Shown: positions 28,376 to 36,424 of the stretch, one piece after another
Layout: every line of letters begins with the position of its first letter
How positions within the stretch are numbered: the stretch's first letter is position 1
From: an uncultured Actinomycetes bacterium
Lineage (GTDB): Bacteria; Actinomycetota; Thermoleophilia; Gaiellales; JAICJC01
DNA: 64,000 nt
Direction of reading: 5' to 3'
NCBI GenBank assembly: GCA_963746115.1
Contig: CAVVAA010000004.1
Coordinates: 431,218-495,217 of the forward strand
Translations under genes and position numbers: made by a program
The notes under the pieces: generated by a model
What the model was told of the DNA's origin: nothing
The model's input: only the letters and a program-made list of their open reading frames with translations
The model's database searches: none

Positions 28376-28918
28376 ATGCAGATGATGTGGGAACGACGGG
28401 CGGCGAAGCTCGGGGCGGTGCTGGTGGCGGCGGCTGCGGTCGGCGCGGCCGGCGCCGCCGAGGCCCACGCCGCGGCGGGATCTGCCGCAAGCGTGCCCCG
28501 CTGCCGGCTGAGCCAGCTCGCGCTGGCACAGCCCAAGTCGAGCGGTGCGGCCGGGAGCGTTCGGATGCGGTTCGTGTTCACGAATGTGAGCGGGGCGACG
28601 TGCAAGCTCTTCGGCTTCGCAGGGATGGAGCTCCTGAACGCACGCAACGCTCCCCTTCCGACGTACGTCCACCGCGGCACGAGCAGCGTCGTCCCGCCCG
28701 AGCCCGAGGCCGACGTCGTCATGACGCCCGGACAGCACGGGTCGTTCTACGCCGGCTACTCCGATGTCCCAACCGGCGCGCAGACGTGCCGCGTCTCGAC
28801 CTCCGTCGAGGTGACGCCGCCGAACGACGCCAACCACTTCACGCTGAAGCTCGCCATCGCGCCGTGTGGCGGGACGATCACGGTCTCACCCGTCGTGCAC
28901 GGCCGGCTGCCGCTCTGA
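28376..28918 (+). CDS. Secreted DUF4232-like protein
   Basis: ATG 28376 after CAGGAGG, within track ORF 28076..28918. Signal AKLGAVLVAAAAVGAAGAAEAHA. CRLSQL...FVFTNVSGATCKLFGFAGMELL...TCRVSTSVEVTPPND...LAIAPCGG. Confidence 0.65.
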   Translation: MQMMWERRAAKLGAVLVAAAAVGAAGAAEAHAAAGSAASVPRCRLSQLALAQPKSSGAAGSVRMRFVFTNVSGATCKLFGFAGMELLNARNAPLPTYVHRGTSSVVPPEPEADVVMTPGQHGSFYAGYSDVPTGAQTCRVSTSVEVTPPNDANHFTLKLAIAPCGGTITVSPVVHGRLPL

Positions 28919-28934
28919 CGGCAGGTCGGGCCGA

Positions 28935-30107
28935 TCAGGCTCGCGCGCCTGGCCCGTAGGCCAGGCGCAGCAGCCGGCCGGCGGCGAACCGACCCGGGCG
29001 CAGCTCGGAGACGTCGACCGGCGGCGTCCGCCCGGTCACCTCGGCCGCGACCACCTCGCCGACGGCGGGGGAGAGCTTGAACCCGTGGCCGCTCCAGCCG
29101 ACCGCCAGATACAGGCCGTCGATGCCGGGGCACGGGCCCAGGATCGGGTTCCAGTCCGGCGTAATGTCGTACGGCCCCGCCCACGCCCGCTCGACGGCGA
29201 AGTCGGCCAGGCGGGGGTAGCGCACGGCCACCGCCTTGCGGACGATGTCGGCGTACCCGGCCGACGCCTCGTGGTCGCAGTCGTCGGCCCGGTCGAGCGG
29301 ATCCTCGCCGGCGTAGGCGACGGCGCAGAACCGGCGGCCGCGGTCGGGGCGCACGACGACGTTCGTGACGCCGTCCGAGCACACCGCCGAGGGCAGCGGC
29401 GCGCCCGGCTCGCGGCGGGCGACGACCACCTGCAGCCGGCGCAGCTCGATCGGCTGCTCGGCGCCGATCGGGCGCAGTAGGTCGTTCGTCCACGCGCCGG
29501 TCGCGAGGACGACCGTGCCGGCGGCGGTGAGCCCGCGGTCGGTCTCGACCCCGGTCACGCGCCCGTTCTCGACGCGCAGCCCGCGGACGGCGCATCCGAG
29601 CTCGTGGCGCAAACCTCGCGACGACGCGGCCGCGAACCAGCCCAGGCACATCTTCTGCGCGTCGGCGAAGCCGCCGTCCGGCTCGTACGCCGCCCCGGCG
29701 ACCCCGTCGAGCGAGAGCTCGGGCTCGACCTCGCCGATCTCGTCCGGCTCGAGAAAGTGTGTCTCGAGGCCGATCCGCTGCAGCCGGGCGACGTTGTCGC
29801 GGCAGGCAGCTGCGAGCCGCTCGGGCACCGTCAGCAGATAGCCGCAGCGTACGTAGCCGGCGTCGGCGACGCCGACCTCGTTCTCCCAGTCGGCGATCGT
29901 GCGCGTGCCGGCCATGGCCAGGCGAGCGGTGACGGCGTTCGAGTAGTGGCGGCGCACCATCGAGAACGAGCGGCCGGAGTCGCCCGAGCCGGGCCAGCCG
30001 CGGTCGAAGAGGGCGACGCCCCGGTGGCCGTCACGGGTGAGCGCATGCGCCGTCGCGAGGCCGGTGATCCCGGCGCCGACGATGGCGATGTCGGTCGAGT
30101 CGGGCAC
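28935..30107 (-). CDS. FAD-dependent oxidoreductase (DAO family: glycine/D-amino-acid/sarcosine-oxidase-beta-like)
   Basis: Track ORF 28935..30194 trimmed to GTG 30107: VPDSTDIAIVGAGITGLATAHAL. The longer N-terminus would translate the palindromic repeat at 30142-30173. Transcribed divergently from the BMC operon. Confidence 0.8.
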   Translation of the reverse strand: MPDSTDIAIVGAGITGLATAHALTRDGHRGVALFDRGWPGSGDSGRSFSMVRRHYSNAVTARLAMAGTRTIADWENEVGVADAGYVRCGYLLTVPERLAAACRDNVARLQRIGLETHFLEPDEIGEVEPELSLDGVAGAAYEPDGGFADAQKMCLGWFAAASSRGLRHELGCAVRGLRVENGRVTGVETDRGLTAAGTVVLATGAWTNDLLRPIGAEQPIELRRLQVVVARREPGAPLPSAVCSDGVTNVVVRPDRGRRFCAVAYAGEDPLDRADDCDHEASAGYADIVRKAVAVRYPRLADFAVERAWAGPYDITPDWNPILGPCPGIDGLYLAVGWSGHGFKLSPAVGEVVAAEVTGRTPPVDVSELRPGRFAAGRLLRLAYGPGARA

Positions 30108-30141
30108 GGCGGCAACGCTACACCCGCCGACTTCTGCGATG

Positions 30142-30173
30142 GGTGCCTGGCACCGCGTCCGGTGCCAGGCACC
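30142..30173. repeat. Palindromic 13-mer pair, family B (GGTGCCTGGCACC-gcgtcc-GGTGCCAGGCACC)
   Basis: Two exact 13-nt palindromes 6 nt apart, in the divergent control region between the FAD oxidoreductase and the BMC operon. Confidence 0.9.
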
Positions 30174-30187
30174 GGTGCGCCATCGGC

Positions 30188-30233
30188 AGACCAATACGCC
30201 CGATTTGCTTTTTGGTCTGGTATTCGGTACGTT
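30188..30233 (+). promoter_or_regulatory. Candidate promoter/operator of the BMC operon: everted half-sites AGACCA (30188-30193) and TGGTCT (30213-30218), -35-like TTGCTT (30205-30210), -10-like TACGTT (30228-30233)
   Basis: This is the most AT-rich stretch of the intergenic region. The half-sites equal the two halves of the HutC/DasR-type TGGTCTAGACCA motif but in swapped order, 19 nt apart. ATG at 30248. Confidence 0.3.
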
Positions 30234-30247
30234 CCGCCGCGATCGGG

Positions 30248-31540
30248 ATGTACGACTACGGCTTCTTCTCCTACGAGTCCAAGGACGAGTTCCTCGACCG
30301 GTCGCGGCAGTTCTGGAACCCGGACAAGACCGACTTCTGGCAGGACGCCGGGGTCGACCTCGTCATCGACCGCCGCGAGGGCTACTTCTTCTGGGACATG
30401 GCCGGGCGGCGCCTGGTCGACCTGCACCTGAACGGCGGCACGTACAACCTGGGCCACCGCAATCCCGAGCTGATCGCGACGCTCGAGCAGGCGATGCAGC
30501 GCTTCGACATCGGCAACCACCACTTCCCGGCGCTCGCCCGCACCGCCCTGGCCGAGGCGCTCGTGAAGACGTGCGCCCCGAACATGCGCCGGGTGGTCTA
30601 CGGCGCGGGCGGCGGCGAGGCCACCGACATCGCGATCAAGACCGCCCGCCACACCCGCCAGCGGCGCAAGATCGTCTCGATCCTCAAGGGCTACCACGGC
30701 CACACCGGCCTCGCGGTCTCCGCCGGGGACGACCGCTTCTCGAAGCTCTTCCTGGCCGACCGCCCCGACGAGTTCGTGCAGGTGCCGTTCAACGACCTCG
30801 GCGCCATGGAGGGTGCGCTGCGCGCGGGCGACGTGGCCGCCGTGCTGCTCGAGACCATCCCCGCCACGTACGGCTTCCCGCTGCCCGACCCCGGCTACCT
30901 CCAGGGGGTGAAACGGCTCTGCGAGCGGTTCGGCGCCCTCTACATCGCCGACGAGGTGCAGACCGGGCTCATGCGCACGGGCGAGATGTGGGGCATCTCC
31001 AAGGCCGGCGTCGAGCCGGACATCATGGTGATCGGCAAGGGCATCACCGGCGGCATGTACCCGATCTCGTGCGTCGTCCTCTCGGAGGAGTGCTCGGCGT
31101 GGCTGAAGGAGGACGGCTTCGGCCACATCTCCACCGGCGGCGGGGCCGAGCTCGGCTGTGTCGTCGCCCTCAAGGTGCTCGAGATCTGCGGCCGGCCGGA
31201 GGTGCGCTCGATGGTGCACTACATCTCCGACCGCTTCGGCCGCGGCCTGCGCGCGATCCAGGAGCTCTACCCCGACTGGTTCGTCGGCATCCGCCAGGAC
31301 GGCGTGGTCATGGGGCTCGAGTTCGACCATCCCCAGGGCGCGAAGATCGTGATGAAGCAGCTGTACGAGAACGGCGTGTGGGCGATCTTCTCGACGCTCG
31401 ACCCGCGCGTGCTCCAGTTCAAGCCGGGGATCCTGCTCGGCCCGGAGCTGGTGGACGAGGTGCTCGACCGCACCGAGGTGTCGATCGGGCAGGCGCTCGC
31501 CGAGGTGCGCGGCGGCCGGGCCGCGGTGGGGGCGCGATGA
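30248..31540 (+). CDS. Class-III aminotransferase-fold PLP enzyme. In RMM-type BMC loci this is the 1-amino-2-propanol O-phosphate phospho-lyase.
   Basis: ATG 30248 within track ORF 30143..31540. MYDYGFFSYESKDEFLDRSRQFWNP...LNGGTYNLGHRNPE...IADEVQTGLMRTGEMWG...PDIMVIGKGITGGMYP (PLP Lys). Confidence 0.8.
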   Translation: MYDYGFFSYESKDEFLDRSRQFWNPDKTDFWQDAGVDLVIDRREGYFFWDMAGRRLVDLHLNGGTYNLGHRNPELIATLEQAMQRFDIGNHHFPALARTALAEALVKTCAPNMRRVVYGAGGGEATDIAIKTARHTRQRRKIVSILKGYHGHTGLAVSAGDDRFSKLFLADRPDEFVQVPFNDLGAMEGALRAGDVAAVLLETIPATYGFPLPDPGYLQGVKRLCERFGALYIADEVQTGLMRTGEMWGISKAGVEPDIMVIGKGITGGMYPISCVVLSEECSAWLKEDGFGHISTGGGAELGCVVALKVLEICGRPEVRSMVHYISDRFGRGLRAIQELYPDWFVGIRQDGVVMGLEFDHPQGAKIVMKQLYENGVWAIFSTLDPRVLQFKPGILLGPELVDEVLDRTEVSIGQALAEVRGGRAAVGAR

Positions 31541-33042
31541 GCGCCGTCGCCGCCGAGCCGGCCGGCGTCCCCCGGGCGCGGATGATGCTCCAGCGCGCCC
31601 ACTGGGCCGCCACGGCGTTCGCCGCGTACGACCACGAGCGCACCCGCCGCATCGTCGAGGCAGTCGCCGAGGAGGCATACCGAAACGCCGAAAGGTATGC
31701 CGAGTGGGCGGTCACGGAGACCGGCATGGGCGTGGTCGAGCACAAGCGGCGCAAGAACGAGGCCTGCTCGCGCGGGCTGCTCGAGTGGTACGGCGGCCGC
31801 GACTACGTGAGCGCCCGGGTCGATCCCGAGGCGAAGATCGTCGAGCTGCCCCGGCCGGCCGGCGTCGTCCTCGCCCTGACGCCGTCGACGAACCCGATCG
31901 CCACCGTCTACTTCAAGGTGCTGCTGGCGCTGATGACCCGCAACGCCGTCGTCGTCAGCCCGCATCCGCTCGCGCGCGAGTCGTCGGCCGACGCCGCCCA
32001 CCGCCTGGCGGCGGCCGCCGTCGAGGCGGGCGCCCCCGACGGGTGCGTGCAGGCCGTGGAGGAGCCGACGATCCCGCTGATCGAGGCGCTCATGAGCGAC
32101 CCGACGACCGACGTCATCCTGGCGACGGGCGGCGTCGCGGTCGTCCGGGCCGCCTACCGCTCCGGCAACCCGGCGATCGGCGTCGGCCCGGGCAACGTGC
32201 CCGCGCTCGTCGATCACACCGCCGACCTGGCCGCGGCCGCCGAACGGCTGATGGACTCGAAGTGCTTCGACAACTCGATCCTGTGCACGAACGAGTCGTG
32301 CGCGATCGTCGAGGAGCGCTGCGCCGCGGAGTTCGAGCGCGAGCTGGCCCGCCACGGCGGCCACGTGGTCGCGCCGGACGAGGTGGCGGCGGTGCGCGAG
32401 AAGCTCTACCCGGAGGGCCGCATCCGGGTCGACCTGGCCGGGCGCGACGCGGCCCGGCTGGCGGAGGAGTGCGGGATCCGCGTGCCGGCGAAGACGCGCG
32501 TCCTGGTCGCGCCGTTCCCGCTCGTCGTCCCCGAGGAGCCGCTCGCGCGCGAGAAGCTCTTCCCGCTGCTCGGGCTCGTGCGGGTGCCGGACGCGCGCCG
32601 CGGCATCGACGCCGCGTGCGCCATGCTGCGCATCGGCGGGGCCGGCCATTCGGCGGTGATCCACTCGCGCGACCCGCGCACGATCATGGCCTACGGCGCC
32701 GCGGTGAAGGTGCTGCGGGTGGCCGTGAACGTCGGCGGCAGCACCGGCTCGGCGGGCCTCGACACGAACCTCGCGCCGACGATGACGATCGGCACGGGCT
32801 TCTTCGGGCGGTCGTCGCTCGGCGAGAACCTGGAGCCGCGGCATCTGATCAACATGACCCGGGTCGCCTATTCCTCCGACCCGTCCGAGGCCTTCGGCGA
32901 CTTCGCCGACCTCGAGCCGTGGAGCGCCGCGCCCGAGGCCGCACCCGTCGCGGCGCCGGAGCGTCCGGCGGCCGTCGCCGAGGCCCGCGACGAGATCCGC
33001 CGGATCGTGCTCGAGGAGCTGCGGGAGCTGGTGAGACGTTGA
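31537..33042 (+). CDS. CoA-acylating aldehyde dehydrogenase (EutE/PduP-like) with C-terminal amphipathic extension
   Basis: ATG 31537 overlaps the upstream stop (ATGA). Lies in the frame of track ORF 30037..33042. LTPSTNP...ATGGVAVVRAAYRSGNPAIGVGPGN...KCFDNSILCTNE (catalytic Cys). Tail PEAAPVAAPERPAAVAEARDEIRRIVLEELRELVRR. Confidence 0.88.
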   Translation: MSAVAAEPAGVPRARMMLQRAHWAATAFAAYDHERTRRIVEAVAEEAYRNAERYAEWAVTETGMGVVEHKRRKNEACSRGLLEWYGGRDYVSARVDPEAKIVELPRPAGVVLALTPSTNPIATVYFKVLLALMTRNAVVVSPHPLARESSADAAHRLAAAAVEAGAPDGCVQAVEEPTIPLIEALMSDPTTDVILATGGVAVVRAAYRSGNPAIGVGPGNVPALVDHTADLAAAAERLMDSKCFDNSILCTNESCAIVEERCAAEFERELARHGGHVVAPDEVAAVREKLYPEGRIRVDLAGRDAARLAEECGIRVPAKTRVLVAPFPLVVPEEPLAREKLFPLLGLVRVPDARRGIDAACAMLRIGGAGHSAVIHSRDPRTIMAYGAAVKVLRVAVNVGGSTGSAGLDTNLAPTMTIGTGFFGRSSLGENLEPRHLINMTRVAYSSDPSEAFGDFADLEPWSAAPEAAPVAAPERPAAVAEARDEIRRIVLEELRELVRR

Positions 33043-33647
33043 TGGCCGAGCTCAGATCGTTCATCTTCATCGACCAGCTCCAGCCGCAGACGATGTGCTA
33101 CCTCGGCACGTGGATCCGCGGCCGGCTCCCGCGCACGAACATGGCGGCGCAGATCATCGAGATCGCGCCCGGCCTGGACATCGAGCCGCTGACCGACGTC
33201 GCGCTCAAGTCGACCGAGGTGCAGGCGGGCATCCTGGTCGTCGAGCGCCAGTTCGGCTACCTCGAGATCCACTCCCGCTCGACCGCCGAGGTGCACGCCG
33301 CGAGCAGCGCCGTGCTCGAGGCGCTCGGCGCGACGGCCGCCGACGCGACCCGGCCGCAGATCCTGGCGTCGGAGCTGATCACCCGGCTCGACCACCAGCA
33401 CGCCTTCCTGATCAACCGCAACAAGCTCGGGTCGATGGCGCTTCCCGGCGAGTCGCTCTTCGTGCTCGAGATGCAGCCCGCCTCCTACGCGATCCTCGCC
33501 ACGAACGAGGCCGAGAAGGCGGCGCGGATCAAGGTGGTCGACTACCGCATGATCGGCGCCACCGGCCGGGTGTACCTGGCCGGCATGGAGGCCGACGTGC
33601 GCACGGCCGGCGACGCCGCCGTCGCGGCGCTGGGAGGTGCGGTGTGA
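33042..33647 (+). CDS. BMC shell protein, ~200 aa, tandem-domain (BMC-T-like), paralogue 1
   Basis: ATG 33042 overlaps the ALDH stop. MAELRSFIFIDQLQPQTMCYLGTW...VVERQFGYLEIHSRS...INRNKLGSMALPGESLFVLEMQPASYAILATNEAEKAA...GATGRVYLAG. Paralogous to 34802..35443. Position matches the ~200-aa shell genes of RMM loci (from memory). Confidence 0.65.
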   Translation: MAELRSFIFIDQLQPQTMCYLGTWIRGRLPRTNMAAQIIEIAPGLDIEPLTDVALKSTEVQAGILVVERQFGYLEIHSRSTAEVHAASSAVLEALGATAADATRPQILASELITRLDHQHAFLINRNKLGSMALPGESLFVLEMQPASYAILATNEAEKAARIKVVDYRMIGATGRVYLAGMEADVRTAGDAAVAALGGAV

Positions 33648-34270
33648 GCACCCCGGAAGACGCCGACGTGCTGCGCAGCGTCACTCGCGAGGTGCTGGCC
33701 GACCTCCTGCCCGAGCTGCTGTCGGAGGCGCTGACGACGTCGAACGGGAATGGGCATGGGGACAGTCCCCATCCGGGGACTGTCCCCGATTCTCGGCCAG
33801 GCACCGTCCCCCAGGTGCCGGGGCCGCCGATCGCCGCCGTGCATCGCCCCGCCGGGTGGCGTCCGCCGCCCGAGTCGGATACGACCCGGCCGCAGCCCGC
33901 GGCACCGGCGCCCGTGTCGGCGCAGACGGATGCCGGCGCGGCCGTCGAGCGGGTCGACCTGCGCAGCGACGCCGACCTGGACGCGTTCGTGCGCTCGCTC
34001 GTGCACCGGTTCGAGAACCCGCGCGACCGCATGGCGATCCGGTCCGGCAAGCTGCGCTTCCGGCTGGGCGCGACGGCCGAGACGACCTCGCAGCCTGCGT
34101 CCGCGCCGGCGATCCGGATCGAGCGCGGCGCCGTCACCGAGCGGGCCGTGCGCGACGCGGCCGCCCAGGGCGCCCGGCTCGTGCTGGCGCCGCGGGCGGT
34201 GCTGACGCCGATGGCGCGCGACCGCGCCCGGAGCCTGGGAGTCGAGATCGAGAAGGAGCGACCATGCTGA
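33644..34270 (+). CDS. BMC-associated protein of unknown function, 208 aa. Has an N-terminal amphipathic helix and a Pro-rich linker that contains an in-frame palindromic repeat.
   Basis: GTG 33644 overlaps the upstream stop (GTGTGA). [30 protein letters not shown]...[26 protein letters not shown]...[47 protein letters not shown]. Confidence 0.6.
   Translation: MSTPEDADVLRSVTREVLADLLPELLSEALTTSNGNGHGDSPHPGTVPDSRPGTVPQVPGPPIAAVHRPAGWRPPPESDTTRPQPAAPAPVSAQTDAGAAVERVDLRSDADLDAFVRSLVHRFENPRDRMAIRSGKLRFRLGATAETTSQPASAPAIRIERGAVTERAVRDAAAQGARLVLAPRAVLTPMARDRARSLGVEIEKERPC
33758..33787. repeat. Palindromic 13-mer pair, family A (GGGGACAGTCCCC-atcc-GGGGACTGTCCCC), inside a CDS
   Basis: Exact copies. 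Translated in frame as [10 protein letters not shown] within the linker of gene 33644..34270. Confidence 0.9.
33795..33822. repeat. Degenerate family-B pair (GGCCAGGCACC ... GGTGCCGGGG), inside the same CDS
   Basis: 10/13 and about 9/13 matches to GGTGCCWGGCACC, 7 nt downstream of the family-A pair. Translated as [10 protein letters not shown]. Confidence 0.4.
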
Positions 34271-34506
34271 GAGCGACCGTCACCGGCGCTGTGTGGGCGA
34301 CCAAGCGGGTCGACCGGATCCCGAACGGCGCGTTCCTCGAGGTCGAGATGGACGGCGGCGGCCGCGCGGTCGCGTTCGACGTGCTCGGAAGCGGCGTCGG
34401 CGAGCGCGTGCTGGTCGCAACCGGCTCGGTCGCCTCGAGCTGGCTCGGGGACGACCATCCGCCCATCGACGCACTCATCATCGGATCCATCGACGAGAAC
34501 GAGTAA
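34264..34506 (+). CDS. BMC vertex pentamer (BMC-P, EutN/CcmL family)
   Basis: ATG 34264 overlaps the upstream stop. 80 aa: [57 protein letters not shown]...[11 protein letters not shown]. Matches the EutN pattern by eye. Confidence 0.85.
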   Translation: MLRATVTGAVWATKRVDRIPNGAFLEVEMDGGGRAVAFDVLGSGVGERVLVATGSVASSWLGDDHPPIDALIIGSIDENE

Positions 34507-34517
34507 GAGGAGGAGTC

Positions 34518-34796
34518 ATGGCACAGAACGCAATCGGCATGATCGAGACCAAGGGGTACGTGGCGGCAATCGCTGCCGCGGACGCAATGGTCAAGGCCGC
34601 GAACGTCACGATCGTGGCCCGCGAGCAGGTCGGCGACGGCCTCGTGTCCGTCGTGATCCAGGGCGACGTCGGGGCCGTGAAGGCCGCCACGGAGGCGGGC
34701 GCCGAGACCGCCTCGAGCGTCGGCGACCTCGTGTCGGTGCACGTCATCCCGCGCCCGCACTCCGAGCTCGACAAGCACTTCGTGCACGCGGGCTAG
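34518..34796 (+). CDS. BMC hexamer shell protein (BMC-H, PduA/EutM-like, Pfam BMC domain)
   Basis: ATG 34518 after AGGAGGAG. 92 aa: [81 protein letters not shown]. Confidence 0.93.
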   Translation: MAQNAIGMIETKGYVAAIAAADAMVKAANVTIVAREQVGDGLVSVVIQGDVGAVKAATEAGAETASSVGDLVSVHVIPRPHSELDKHFVHAG

Positions 34797-34801
34797 CGGG
34801 G

Positions 34802-35443
34802 ATGGAGAACTCCGCAGTCCAGCTGCGGGTCTACCTGCCGATCCCGAGGCTCGGCCGCCAGTTCGCGGCCTATCTGGGGACGCCCACGCGTGCCCGTGGA
34901 TACCCGCCGATCGAGGGCGACCACGCGCTGATCGTCGAGGTGGCGCCGGCGCTCGCGATCGAGCGGGTGACCGACCTCGCGCTGCGGTCGGTGCCGGAGA
35001 TCGAGCCGGGCATCCTCTACGTCGAGCGCCAGTTCGGCGTGCTCGAGGTGCACCACCGGGACAAGGCGCTCGTCGACCGGGCCGGCGCGGCCATCCTCGA
35101 CGGGATCGGGGCGACGGCCGCGGACGCGCTGCGGCCGCGTATCCTCTACGCCGACGTGATCGAGGACATCACCGACCAGCACGCGGTGATCATCAACCGC
35201 AACCGCGAGGCGTCGATGGTGCTGCCGGGCGAGACGCTGCTCGTGTACGAGGTGGTGCCCGCGCTGCACGCCGCCATGGCCGCCAACGCCGCCGAGCGGG
35301 CCGCGCCGGAGGCGACGCTCGTCACCGTCTCGATGATCGGCGCCGCCGGCCGCATCTACATGTCCGGCGACACGGAGAGCGTCGTGCGCGCCCGCGACGA
35401 GATCACGCGCGTGCTCGAGTCGGTGGAGGGCCGTGAGCACTGA
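34802..35443 (+). CDS. BMC shell protein, ~213 aa, tandem-domain (BMC-T-like), paralogue 2
   Basis: 213-aa ORF. YVERQFGVLEVHHRD...INRNREASMVLPGETLLVYEVVPALHAAMAANAAERAA...GAAGRIYMSG. Collinear with 33042..33647. Confidence 0.65.
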   Translation: MENSAVQLRVYLPIPRLGRQFAAYLGTPTRARGYPPIEGDHALIVEVAPALAIERVTDLALRSVPEIEPGILYVERQFGVLEVHHRDKALVDRAGAAILDGIGATAADALRPRILYADVIEDITDQHAVIINRNREASMVLPGETLLVYEVVPALHAAMAANAAERAAPEATLVTVSMIGAAGRIYMSGDTESVVRARDEITRVLESVEGREH

Positions 35444-36419
35444 CCAGGCTGCGATCGACCGCCTGGCCCAGGCCGCGCTGCCCGCGTACGACCTCGACCC
35501 GGCGGCCACGGTCGCCCTGATCAACGTGTCCGAGAACTGGACGTACCGGATCGAGGAGCCGGGCGGCCGCGCGTTCGCGCTGCGCGTCCACCGGCCGACG
35601 TACCACACGGCCGAGGAGATCGCCTCGGAGCTCGACTGGATCGACGCGCTGCGCGATGACGGCGTGGTGGAGACGGCGCATGCCGTCGCCGGCCGGGGCG
35701 GGGACCGCGTCTGCCAGGTGCGCACCGACGAGCTCGGCGAGCGCAACGTCGTGCTGTTCGACTGGCTCGCGGGCGAGATGCCCGACGCCGACGCGCACGA
35801 CCTCATGCCCGGGTTCCGCACGCTCGGCGCCGTCTCGGCCCGGATGCACCGCCATTCCCGCAGCTGGGCGCCGCCGTCGGGGTTCGCCCGCTTCCGCTGG
35901 GAGTACGACACGACGCTCGGCGCGAACGGCCACTGGGGCCGGTGGCAGGACGGCCTCGGGATGGGATCGGAGGAGCTCGCGCTGCTCGGCCGGCTCGACG
36001 CCACGCTACGGCAACGGCTCGACGCCTACGGCCAGGGGGCCGAGCGGTTCGGCCTCGTCCATGCCGACATCCGCCTCGCCAACCTGCTCGTCGACGGCGA
36101 GCACGTGCGCGTGATCGACTTCGACGACTGCGGCTGGTCGTGGTTCATGTACGACTTCGCCACGACCGTGTCGTTCATCGAGGACCACCCGGACGTGCCC
36201 CGGCTGAAGGCCGCCTGGGTGGAGGGCTACCGCTCCGCCGCCGAGCTCGACCCGGCCGACGAGGCCGAGCTGGACACCTTCGTCATGCTGCGCCGGCTCC
36301 TGCTCGTGGCCTGGATCGGCTCGCACCACCAGTTCGCCACCGAGGCCGCCGAGCTCGGCGCCGGATTCACCGCCGGCACCTGCGCGCTCGCCGAGCGGTA
36401 CCTCTCCGCATACGGCTGA
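35433..36419 (+). CDS. APH-fold phosphotransferase. In RMM-type loci this is the 1-amino-2-propanol kinase.
   Basis: 328-aa ORF with GTG start, overlapping the upstream gene by 11 nt. INVSENWTYRIE...FGLVHADIRLANLLVDGEHVRVIDFDDCGW. Confidence 0.82.
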   Translation: MSTDQAAIDRLAQAALPAYDLDPAATVALINVSENWTYRIEEPGGRAFALRVHRPTYHTAEEIASELDWIDALRDDGVVETAHAVAGRGGDRVCQVRTDELGERNVVLFDWLAGEMPDADAHDLMPGFRTLGAVSARMHRHSRSWAPPSGFARFRWEYDTTLGANGHWGRWQDGLGMGSEELALLGRLDATLRQRLDAYGQGAERFGLVHADIRLANLLVDGEHVRVIDFDDCGWSWFMYDFATTVSFIEDHPDVPRLKAAWVEGYRSAAELDPADEAELDTFVMLRRLLLVAWIGSHHQFATEAAELGAGFTAGTCALAERYLSAYG

Positions 36420-36424
36420 GCCGG

